The notes under the pieces are model-generated. The model was given only the letters and a program-made list of their open reading frames with translations. It ran no database searches and was not told the origin of the DNA. Shown in pieces: positions 55,966-64,000 of a DNA stretch of 64,000 nt. How positions within the stretch are numbered: the stretch's first letter is position 1; every line of letters starts with the position of its first letter. The translations under genes and the position numbers were made by a program. This DNA comes from Bacilli bacterium (GTDB taxonomy: Bacteria; Bacillota_I; Bacilli_A; RFN20; CAG-288). The stretch lies in contig JAFUFH010000080.1 in the NCBI GenBank assembly GCA_017470005.1, positions 555-64,554 on the forward strand, in the 5' to 3' direction.

Positions 55966-57600
55966 TTATAAGTTTTCAATCAAACTGAATAATTCCGGTT
56001 TCTTATTGCGGTTATCGTAATAGGTCTTTCTGTAGTTAGAGAGTTCGACCATCGTACCTCTGAGAAGGTCAAGTAAGGCGTTAACTTTCTTGTTGAAGCG
56101 ACGGTTTGCGAGTAGACAACGCAGTAACAGTAAGAGTGCACTGAGTCCTCCTAAACCGAAGACGATACCTAAGGTGATGGGTAAGTTTTCGTTGTCTTTC
56201 ATCGTGAAGGTAAGAATGATACCGACTGCGACAAAGGCGATAGTTAAGAGAGCTAAGATGATATTCAAGGCGTTGATGAATTTGATCTTAAATTTATTCT
56301 TTTCTAAGTGTTCTCTCAAGGAGATTTCTAATTCATCGGCATCATCTCCGTTAGAGACTTTCTCCCATTTTTCAATCTTGATGGTGTATTCTTCAGGGAA
56401 CTTCTTTTCGAAGTCGTTAGACCAATCGTTGAGTGCTTCTAAGAACCAAGTCTTGGTGTGTTGGAAACCAAATTTACGTATATGAACATCCACATTCTTC
56501 GCGTAAAGAGCCCAGTTGGTGCACTTTTGACCAATATTTTGTTTTCTCTTTTTCTGCTCGAGCATCTCATTGAACTGTTGCTCGGCTACCTCTTCTTTTC
56601 CTTTGTTCTTGATGATGAGTTCATAATATTCTTGCTCTTGTTTCAATTCGAGCTCTTCCTCATCATAATTGGTGACTAAGTCTTTCAAGATGGAGTCGAT
56701 TCTAGCTTTATAATTAGAAGCGGATTGGACGATGTTTTCCACATCGACATCCTTGATCATCTTGATGAAGGTATCGTATTTGCTAGCCTGATAATACGGG
56801 AATTTCATCTCTTCACAATTGACGATATATTTATCGATAAATTCACGAGAGTAATTGCTTCCCGGTTGGGTGTTCTTGATGAAGTTTAAGAAAGCGTTAT
56901 AGAGTTGATTGTGAATCTCATCTTGGAGGTTGATTTGATTCATCCAACCATCGACGACTTCTTGAACCATGTTTTCAATGGAGCGGTCCACTTTGAAGAT
57001 GCCGTGGATATAGGCTTCAATCATGACAGCGGTCTCTTCTTTTAAATCATCGGGTACGACGGCTTTAAAGTATTCGACAAGCCAATCATGTGCGGCTTCC
57101 ATACGCTGGAAACGAAGGTTGAGAAGACAGAAGTAGAGGGAAGTCTTCATGGCATCGATACGGAAGGATTCTCCGATAGCGTTCTGAGCTAATTTTTGAT
57201 TATCATTGACCCAAGCAGAGAGCGCGATAAGAGAATAAGAGAGCCAATAGCGAGAAGAAGTGATCCATAATTCTTCACTCAATTTGGCGATGGTCTTCTC
57301 TCTGACTAAAGAGATATCACAATCCTTGATGATACCTAAGGATGCTTTTCTGATGGCATCATAATCGAAGAAGCGTTCACGGATGATTTGGTTGATACGG
57401 AGAATGCCTTCCTGAGCATTCTGCATTTGTTCATTCTCAACCATTTCCGTTTTGAATTGTTTGATTTCATTGTAGGCTTTGTTGGCCGTTGCTTTCACTT
57501 TCTCGGCCATCATATCCACATTGGCTATGGAGGTGTGGACACGAGCGGAAAAGCCGGTGATTACTTCATTTAACTGGTGTACAACTTGATCAGTGCTCAT
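55966..57600 (-). CDS. Coiled-coil membrane protein, paralogue D2
   Basis: RYWLSYSLIALSAWVNDNQ...LLNLRFQRMEAAHDWL block and a C-terminal 2-TM hairpin. RBS AAAGGAGA. Confidence 0.7.
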   Translation of the reverse strand: MSTDQVVHQLNEVITGFSARVHTSIANVDMMAEKVKATANKAYNEIKQFKTEMVENEQMQNAQEGILRINQIIRERFFDYDAIRKASLGIIKDCDISLVREKTIAKLSEELWITSSRYWLSYSLIALSAWVNDNQKLAQNAIGESFRIDAMKTSLYFCLLNLRFQRMEAAHDWLVEYFKAVVPDDLKEETAVMIEAYIHGIFKVDRSIENMVQEVVDGWMNQINLQDEIHNQLYNAFLNFIKNTQPGSNYSREFIDKYIVNCEEMKFPYYQASKYDTFIKMIKDVDVENIVQSASNYKARIDSILKDLVTNYDEEELELKQEQEYYELIIKNKGKEEVAEQQFNEMLEQKKRKQNIGQKCTNWALYAKNVDVHIRKFGFQHTKTWFLEALNDWSNDFEKKFPEEYTIKIEKWEKVSNGDDADELEISLREHLEKNKFKIKFINALNIILALLTIAFVAVGIILTFTMKDNENLPITLGIVFGLGGLSALLLLLRCLLANRRFNKKVNALLDLLRGTMVELSNYRKTYYDNRNKKPELFSLIENL

Positions 57601-57605
57601 GTTAT

Positions 57606-59411
57606 TTATTCTCCTTTACGCTGAAATAAGTCTAATGTTTCTTGCAAGATTTCTTGGTTCTTCAATTCCGTATCTAAATCGTCTCGCCATTTCTTGATAC
57701 TTTCCATCAAGTGAGCGAAACGCTCTAGGGCATCTTGTTTTCTTTTAGAAATCTTCTTGTTGAGCTTGCTTCGTCTGAAGAGGGATAGTAAGAAGAAGAG
57801 GACAGTCAATACGGCAACGCTGATGAGAGCAATCCACCATCCTAGGGCGACTTGTCCTTCTTCTTTTGGAGCGACGGTGATGATTAGTGTAGTAAGAAGG
57901 GCAGTGACAACAAAGGAGAGAATAAAGAGGATTCCTAATGTCTTATACGCGCCATCTTTTAGACGCATTCTTCTTCTGTTCTTATCGTAGTATTTGCTTA
58001 AGGTTTGAGCGCCTTCTTGGGTGGAATCCGCGTTGAGAGAGAGCTTGCAACCATCGATAGAATAATCGAATTTCTTATCGCGGTTTTCTAAGATTCTTTG
58101 ATGATAGATCTTGTATCCTTCCTTGATGGGTTCTAGCATGAAGGCGATGGCGAATAATCTAAGCTTAGAGTCCATCTTCTCTTTGATATCGGCGAAGGCG
58201 AAGCGGAAGAGAAGGTCCCCTAAAGTGAGTTTCTTCGACATCTCTTCTACAAGAAGCATGTATCTCTTGTGCGCTTGATCCATATCACCGTGTGCTTTGA
58301 CGATATATTCGTTTCTCTTCTGCTCTTTGATGATCTCGTATTCTTCGGGGTCATAAGCGGAGACAAGATGGTGAAGAACGTTTTCAATCTGGAGGGAGAG
58401 AGCAGCGATCTCTTCGACTTTTCCGTTTAAGATTTCACGATAATATTCGTTGATCTTTCCTTCGGCTTCCGCCATGGACATGATTCGTAAGAGAGCTTCA
58501 TATTGTTTGGAGTTCTCTTGGATGGCATCATAAGTCTTTTGGGTGGAATGAGGATAGGAGAGAGCGAAGCGGTCCACGTTGTTCTTGACTTGATTATCAA
58601 AGGAGGCGGTAGTGGTACGGATCTCTTGTAACATCTGGTTAAACTGAGCCCCGACTTCTTTTTCAAATTCTTTATCTTGTCCAAAGGCGTGATGGAGATA
58701 GGCTTCTAAGACAAACTGGAATTCTTCTCCTAAGTCATAGATATCCACTTGGCTCTGATACAATCGATACCACTGTTTTGCTGCATCTTTTCTTCCGAAA
58801 CGGAGATTGGTGAGCATGTAGAAGATATAGGTCTTAAAGTCGGCAAGTTCAATCGCTTTAGCGACAGCTCTCTGACTAGCTTCCTTCTCATCATTGACCC
58901 AGAGCATCAAGCCAGAGAGAGCATAGGAAAGCCAATAATCGGCATTGAGTAATTGTTCTTTTTCTACCTCTTCACGTAACGTTTCGTTAGAGATGATCTC
59001 ACTATCGACACCGATGACATAACCTAAAGTGACTTTTCTTAATTTTTCAAAGAAACGGAATTTTCTTTGGTATTGGTCATTCAAGTTGGTTAAATTTTTG
59101 CTGGCCGTAGCAACATTCTTGATCAAGAAGTATTTCTTCTCTAAATCCACAATAGCGGAATAGACCGTATCGGCATTCATAAAGGATTCTTCCGTTCTCG
59201 TCTCTAAGGCACCTAAAACAGGAACCATATAGTTCTTTAACGTATAGGAATTTTGTACTGCAACAGACATTTCACTCAAAGAACGATTGAGCTCCTCGAC
59301 CAGCTGATTACAATAATCAACTTTGCGATTGAGAGTATCTTCTAGAGAATCAATTTGAGCTAATAATTGTCGTTGCTCTTCCATGTATCGCTGATATTCT
59401 TCTTCGGTCAT
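57606..59411 (-). CDS. Coiled-coil membrane protein, paralogue D1
   Basis: DYWLSYALSGLMLWVNDEK...LTNLRFGRKDAAKQWY block and a C-terminal 2-TM hairpin. ATG 59411 lies behind AAGGAGGG; the ORF-track TTG at 59417 sits too close to the RBS. Confidence 0.7.
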   Translation of the reverse strand: MTEEEYQRYMEEQRQLLAQIDSLEDTLNRKVDYCNQLVEELNRSLSEMSVAVQNSYTLKNYMVPVLGALETRTEESFMNADTVYSAIVDLEKKYFLIKNVATASKNLTNLNDQYQRKFRFFEKLRKVTLGYVIGVDSEIISNETLREEVEKEQLLNADYWLSYALSGLMLWVNDEKEASQRAVAKAIELADFKTYIFYMLTNLRFGRKDAAKQWYRLYQSQVDIYDLGEEFQFVLEAYLHHAFGQDKEFEKEVGAQFNQMLQEIRTTTASFDNQVKNNVDRFALSYPHSTQKTYDAIQENSKQYEALLRIMSMAEAEGKINEYYREILNGKVEEIAALSLQIENVLHHLVSAYDPEEYEIIKEQKRNEYIVKAHGDMDQAHKRYMLLVEEMSKKLTLGDLLFRFAFADIKEKMDSKLRLFAIAFMLEPIKEGYKIYHQRILENRDKKFDYSIDGCKLSLNADSTQEGAQTLSKYYDKNRRRMRLKDGAYKTLGILFILSFVVTALLTTLIITVAPKEEGQVALGWWIALISVAVLTVLFFLLSLFRRSKLNKKISKRKQDALERFAHLMESIKKWRDDLDTELKNQEILQETLDLFQRKGE

Positions 59412-59433
59412 AGACAATTGCCCTCCTTATGGC

Positions 59434-61422
59434 TTAAAAGAATAGTTTGAAGACACCTAGATCTTCAAATATTTGGACCTTCTCTTTACTAAATTCGTCT
59501 TTCTTTTGCATCACGAATTTTTTGAAAGAGATTTTCTTTCCTGAGACTAGCATGTTCTCAGGAAGCTTACCTTTGCTGGTGAGAAGAGGAATGAGTGCTT
59601 CTATATCCTGTGGGTTCTCATTAGAGAGAAGTAAATATTTCTGAGCGATATTGGATTGAATACTTTCTCCAAAGAGAGAATATTTCTCTGGCGTGAAGTC
59701 GCTAGAGGAATATTTGAGTAGGGTTTGTAGAATTCCTTTTTTGACAATCAGGCTCTCTTGGATATAGAAGAGATATTTTTCGATGGTGTTTGTTGTCACT
59801 TTTTGGGGGTGAGAAAGAAGCTTTTGCATCAATATGGTGGAATAAGGATGTTGATTCAAATTTGCGATATAGAGATTGACACATTGGTTGCTGATCGCGA
59901 TTTGTTCTGTCTGGAAATATTCCTCTAATTCTTTGGGGATAGGAAGGTTAGTGAGAAGGTATTCGCATCCTTTCTCTTCCACCTTTAATCCTTGTGAGAG
60001 CAAGAAGAGAATCACTTGAATCTTCACCTTGGCTTCATCTTTTCCTATCAGGACATATTGATTGAGAAGAGAGGAGAAGTAAGCGGGGTTCATTTTTAGT
60101 TGGAACACTTTTTCTAAAATGGTGATCTTCTTCTCTCCATCTAACACGCAATTGTTGAGATAGGAAGTGAGAGCTTCTATGCTTAATGCGGTGATTTTAG
60201 AGAGAAGGTAGAGATTGACTTCGACTCTTAAAGCAACCGTTCTTTCGAGTTGATTGAGCGTGTATCTCAGTCCCATGTCCGTGCTTCTTTCGGTGATTTT
60301 GAAGTTGTCATAAAGATAAGTGAGAACACGGGTATAATCGTCTTTGCTTAAGGTATTCATTCCTAGCATGGAAAGGAGTTGTGTGGAGGTGATCTCGTAG
60401 AGAGATTTTCCTTTCTTTAGCGTCTCTAGGGCTTTTAGAAGCACATCGATATTGTGGCTACCTGGACCAAAGAGAGAATCGACAATCTTATTACTATCTT
60501 CATCGATGAGACGTAGAGAGGAGATTCTTTCAAAGATGAAGGTGATTTTATCCGGAGTGGATTCGGTGAGAAGTTTCTTTAGCAAGGAAGGAAGGTCGAC
60601 ATGGATGGATAATTCTTTGGCCTTGATGGCGACTAGAGATTGGATCTCATAAGAATCTTGGGTCTCTTCGAAGTATTTATCCATCAGCTTTTGATCTCTT
60701 GTTTCCAAAGCCTTGTTATCTAATAAATATTTAACCCATTCTAGTTTTTGCTCATTGCTTGGGTATTCTTTTAAGAGATAGAAGAGAGTAAATTTCTTAT
60801 CGATGAAGGCGATGTTGTGAATGATTTGAGATAACTCTTCTGTGGCTCCGGCTTTACATAAGATGGGAAGAAGTCGTTTGTTGATATAAGGATTATTGAT
60901 TTGGTCAAAATCGATGAAGTGAGCGATGAAGGAGGCTCTCTCCTCTAGATGCAAGGCAAGATATACCGTATAAAGGAGGGCGTATAAATCGCTCTCGTCC
61001 AAAAAGTCATATAGACCTTTTTCATCGTCTAAGATATTCGGGTATTCGCTGAGAAGTGTTTCTCGGTAGTGTGTGATTCTCGCGTTGGCTACATTTTTGT
61101 CCAAGCTGGAATCGTATGAACCTCTGAAGAAGTAGTAGGCGATATTTGCAAGATAGGTTCCTACGTATTCATGTTCAAGTTTTTCGCATTCCATGAGTTG
61201 ATCTGATGCCGAATCAAAATTCAACTTGGAGATGGCGATGAGTGTGGATCTCACGGTTTGTTGAATACCGGCTAATCCATCGATCTTCAACCTAGAATCA
61301 TTGAAGAAATCTTGTTCGAATATTTTCCCGCAATAGGGACATTCAAATCTCTTTTTCTCCTTGTTGAAGACGAGCTTTCCTGAACAATCATCACAACGGT
61401 GAGAGGAAAGTTGTATTGCCAT
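59434..61422 (-). CDS. Zinc-ribbon protein with a large all-helical body (662 aa)
   Basis: N-terminal CDDCSGKLVFNKEKKRFECPYCG, then about 620 aa rich in Leu, Lys and Glu. No TM helix. Confidence 0.65.
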   Translation of the reverse strand: MAIQLSSHRCDDCSGKLVFNKEKKRFECPYCGKIFEQDFFNDSRLKIDGLAGIQQTVRSTLIAISKLNFDSASDQLMECEKLEHEYVGTYLANIAYYFFRGSYDSSLDKNVANARITHYRETLLSEYPNILDDEKGLYDFLDESDLYALLYTVYLALHLEERASFIAHFIDFDQINNPYINKRLLPILCKAGATEELSQIIHNIAFIDKKFTLFYLLKEYPSNEQKLEWVKYLLDNKALETRDQKLMDKYFEETQDSYEIQSLVAIKAKELSIHVDLPSLLKKLLTESTPDKITFIFERISSLRLIDEDSNKIVDSLFGPGSHNIDVLLKALETLKKGKSLYEITSTQLLSMLGMNTLSKDDYTRVLTYLYDNFKITERSTDMGLRYTLNQLERTVALRVEVNLYLLSKITALSIEALTSYLNNCVLDGEKKITILEKVFQLKMNPAYFSSLLNQYVLIGKDEAKVKIQVILFLLSQGLKVEEKGCEYLLTNLPIPKELEEYFQTEQIAISNQCVNLYIANLNQHPYSTILMQKLLSHPQKVTTNTIEKYLFYIQESLIVKKGILQTLLKYSSSDFTPEKYSLFGESIQSNIAQKYLLLSNENPQDIEALIPLLTSKGKLPENMLVSGKKISFKKFVMQKKDEFSKEKVQIFEDLGVFKLFF

Positions 61423-61434
61423 AAATTACCTTAA

Positions 61435-62160
61435 TTATTTTGCAGAACGGATTCGATTGTTTCTTTGTTTGACGACCAAGCGAGCTTGATTGACATAGGT
61501 TAAGATCACCTGTTCACTATCGGGGGAGGAGAGGGCATCGTTGATCATGGAGATGAACATCTTTAATTTTTCATCATATCCCTGAGTTTCTGGAGTAGAC
61601 ATGGGATCCGAGTATCGGATATCTTCTTGCAAGGCGATGACTTCTTTCTGGACTTTTTCATTATGGATAGAAGCGATGATGAGATCTAAATCATCGACCA
61701 TGAAGCGGATGGTTTGAACTTTTTGTTTCTGATTCTTTTCTATCGCTGTGACCGCATTCTTGGTCAAGAGAGAAATGATAAAGATGACAGCAAAGATACC
61801 GAGTAAGAGAATCTGTAAGACAGAAACTAATACGGTAGGGGTCTCCACAGCGAAAGCGGAAAGAATCATGAACAGAAGGGCAAAGAAGGCTTCTATGACA
61901 AAATAAATGAGAGAGACAATGGAGAGAGGTAAACCAAAGAATACCGCGTTAAGACCAGTTTTCTTATCATAGAGGAAGATAGAGGACATCTGTAATAAGA
62001 AAGCCAAGGTCATAAAAGCGTAGGAGAACCAGAAGTCAAAGATACAAATCTCTGACGTAATCTGCCATGGTTTGAAGATCGTGAAGACCAAAATATTGAT
62101 CAAAGCAAGAAGGATAGCGTAGATAGAAAAGAATAAAATCGTATTTTTATGCTTTTTCAT
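61435..62160 (-). CDS. Four-TM membrane protein with a C-terminal soluble helical domain
   Basis: Four hydrophobic helices in residues ~8-135, followed by about 100 aa of charged sequence. RBS AAGGGGGA. Confidence 0.6.
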   Translation of the reverse strand: MKKHKNTILFFSIYAILLALINILVFTIFKPWQITSEICIFDFWFSYAFMTLAFLLQMSSIFLYDKKTGLNAVFFGLPLSIVSLIYFVIEAFFALLFMILSAFAVETPTVLVSVLQILLLGIFAVIFIISLLTKNAVTAIEKNQKQKVQTIRFMVDDLDLIIASIHNEKVQKEVIALQEDIRYSDPMSTPETQGYDEKLKMFISMINDALSSPDSEQVILTYVNQARLVVKQRNNRIRSAK

Positions 62161-62174
62161 TTTTTATATCCCCC

Positions 62175-63359
62175 TTATTTCAATTTATTTCCACAATTGG
62201 AGCAGAATAGCGCATTGGGATCCACTTCTTTTCCGCATTTGGAACAACAACAACGGCTTTCTTCTATCTTGTAACCGCAGTTCGAACAAAATCTTGCTCC
62301 CACAGAGAGTATTACTCCGCAATTAGGACAGAAGACTTCTCCCCCTTGTTTTTCTTCATTTTTTTGGAAGAATTGATTGATGTTCATATTCTCTCCACCA
62401 TTATCATTTTGATAACTTCCTTGGGGTTGTTCCGGAGTGGAAGGAGTATTGTTGCTATGATTATTTTGGAAAGCATTACCGGCCATGTTAGAGAAGGCAT
62501 TGCCCATGGGAACACCGATTCCCATACCCATGCCCATGCCCATGCCAGCACCCATCATGGAGCCTGCATTTCCTTCATTCTTGGCGGCATTAGAAAGAAT
62601 TTGATACATCTGTTCTTCTTTCCAAGTAAATCCTTGGATGTTTCTAGATGTAGCTAGATTCTTTGCGTTGTTGATGACTTCATAATCTTTTTCGGGAACA
62701 TCGATACTTTCGATATTGAATTGATTCAAAAGAATTCCGTAATCCGCAAACAATTCTTTTAAGACCTTAGATACTAATTCACCTACTTCAAAGATATGAG
62801 CGTTCATATCAAAGAAAGAGACTTTTCCTTGAATCATGATCTTAGAGATATAGTTCTTAACATTGGCGGAGATAATACCTCTCAATTGATGTAAAAGGTC
62901 ATCATTCGTAAATGTGGTTTCATTGCCAACAAATTTCAATAAAAATTTTCTAGAATCATCGACCTTCACCGTCATGGTGCCACAGCAACCAACATGAAGG
63001 AAGATATTATAGATAGGATCGTTTAACGTGATTCCACCGCTGGTACCCCACTTTAACTCTAATTGGTTTACCTTGTTAATAAAGTAGACTTTGCAAGGAA
63101 AAGGTTCCCCATCCACCAAATTCTTGTAAGCGTTAGAAAGAAGAGGAATATTTTGATTGGATAAAGTATATCTGCCAGAAGGGAATAAATCTAATGCTCT
63201 GCCATTAGCAAAAAGTATCGCCTCATAAAACTCATCCACAATCAATTGGGATAAGGCGTTAAATTTTTCATTCCCAGAAATCAAATATTCTTTACCCGGA
63301 TTTTTCCACACCAAAGAATCTTTTGGTCCTTCAAACTTGATCACTTCCGCTATTGCCAT
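62175..63359 (-). CDS. SPFH-like (COG4260/YdjI-type) protein with a Gly/Met-rich linker and two C-terminal zinc ribbons
   Basis: MAIAEVIKFEGPKDSLVWKNPG...LIVDEFYEAILFANGRALDLFPSGRYTLSNQNIPLL is typical of the YdjI / 'virion core protein-like' SPFH family. A GAGMGMGMGMGIG linker follows. The C-terminus reads CPNCG...CSNCG plus CSKCG...CSNCG. Start set at 63359, behind AAAGGAG; the 65-codon upstream extension is AT-rich with no support. Confidence 0.75.
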   Translation of the reverse strand: MAIAEVIKFEGPKDSLVWKNPGKEYLISGNEKFNALSQLIVDEFYEAILFANGRALDLFPSGRYTLSNQNIPLLSNAYKNLVDGEPFPCKVYFINKVNQLELKWGTSGGITLNDPIYNIFLHVGCCGTMTVKVDDSRKFLLKFVGNETTFTNDDLLHQLRGIISANVKNYISKIMIQGKVSFFDMNAHIFEVGELVSKVLKELFADYGILLNQFNIESIDVPEKDYEVINNAKNLATSRNIQGFTWKEEQMYQILSNAAKNEGNAGSMMGAGMGMGMGMGIGVPMGNAFSNMAGNAFQNNHSNNTPSTPEQPQGSYQNDNGGENMNINQFFQKNEEKQGGEVFCPNCGVILSVGARFCSNCGYKIEESRCCCSKCGKEVDPNALFCSNCGNKLK

Positions 63360-63511
63360 AAATTGACTCCTTTGCCTTACTTCATAATTGTAAAGTTTTG
63401 TGAAATAGGCGGAATAAAAGCCAATATTACTTATAATTTCCGTAATTTTAATATTGTTTTTATATTCATAAACGTTTACATTTTTGAAATTTTTGTACAA
63501 TAAATTCGAAT

Positions 63512-63533
63512 AAAACGAATCTTGATTCGTTTT
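63512..63533. promoter_or_regulatory. Perfect 10-2-10 palindrome upstream of the operon (candidate operator)
   Basis: AAAACGAATC-TT-GATTCGTTTT. A third copy of GATTCGTTTT lies at 63676-63685. Confidence 0.4.
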
Positions 63534-64000
63534 AACGTTATTAATACAATTCAAAATATCCTAAAGAGTTGGAAACTCATTACTTCTTCATTTTTAAATA
63601 CTTTGATAATTAAAAAGACAAATAAATTAGTTTTATTTATATATAAAATATTTTTGTGCGGTTTCTCAGTGACGTGATTCGTTTTATCCAAAGCAAGGCT
63701 TGATTCTATAGAAAAACGATGTCAAAAACTGTCAAATCGCATTTTTTTCGCTTTCCATCGTTCCTGTTTTTAAAAATGCCAAAATGTCATTTATAGATAG
63801 TTTACTCACTGTTTTCTTCTCATTTGATGGCTCTTTATGGATATTTTAGCATACAAAAACATATCACTTGCAATAAGTTGTTTATGAAGAAATGTACTAT
63901 AAAACTAAGGTAAATTCCATGAATTCATCAAACTTGGAGCGGAGTCTAATTTGGAAGTTATACATGTCGCAGATCTGTTTGACGATAGCTAAGCCTAAGC

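Noticed and set aside
51996-59411. Whether D1-D3 are PspA/IM30 (ESCRT-III) proteins, or whether the operon is a type VII secretion locus
   Set aside because: I see no PspA-like N-terminal amphipathic helix or matching length. There is no FtsK/SpoIIIE-type EssC and no WXG100 protein. The PspA idea remains only a functional analogy to be tested by structure prediction.
63360-63554. 65-codon N-terminal extension of the SPFH gene in the ORF track
   Set aside because: It is AT-rich (Asn/Tyr/Lys/Ile codons) with no RBS. The internal ATG at 63359 has AAAGGAG at the right spacing and starts where the conserved family N-terminus begins.
63918-64000. Possible start of a plus-strand gene (ATG behind AAGGT, open to the window edge)
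   Set aside because: Only about 27 codons are visible, with no recognisable motif. That is too little evidence to call.
1-64000. CRISPR arrays, rRNA genes, transposases/IS elements, prophage genes
   Set aside because: I saw no regularly spaced repeats, no rRNA-like sequence, and no transposase, integrase or phage structural signatures in any long ORF.

Overview
The window looks like a low-GC, standard-code Firmicutes/Mollicutes-like chromosome (Erysipelotrichia or Acholeplasma-type is only a guess). Evidence for that: many lipobox lipoproteins, GGAGG ribosome-binding sites, and a CIRCE operator in front of lon.

Layout, left to right:
1. Housekeeping block, 1-19.7 kb: a partial Sel1-repeat gene, radC, T-box-controlled valS, engB, lon, tig, glgP, glgB, ackA, two thioredoxin-fold lipoproteins, nrnA and tRNA-Arg(TCT).
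2. Glycan-utilisation island, 20-34.6 kb. It holds three paralogous lipoproteins of about 735 aa plus the C-terminal relic of a fourth. It also holds a LytTR response regulator with an HPK10-type kinase, a Thr-rich lipoprotein, and a membrane-anchored, circularly permuted GH3 enzyme. Four promoters in this island carry the same direct-repeat pair, TTCACGAAA-N12-TTCACGCAA (21-nt register).
3. Mixed block, 34.9-51 kb: a truncated Vat-type acetyltransferase relic, a LysR regulator, a possible HEPN-CBS fusion, mrp, an IMPACT-domain gene, degV, a 1586-aa membrane protein, a CPBP protease, TraX, trxA, an expanded mscL, an AT-rich islet with a lone DUF4143 ATPase, and several zinc-ribbon membrane proteins.
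4. Most interesting, 51,996-63,359 on the minus strand: nine tightly packed genes. In order they encode an SPFH/COG4260 (YdjI-like) protein with two zinc ribbons, a 4-TM protein, a zinc-ribbon helical protein, two paralogous coiled-coil membrane proteins, two small proteins, a classical-clade AAA+ ATPase, and a third paralogue of the coiled-coil protein. I cannot assign the paralogues or the small proteins to any family I know. I propose this as an undescribed envelope-associated AAA+ system.

All calls come from reading the sequence and the ORF track; no database search was run.
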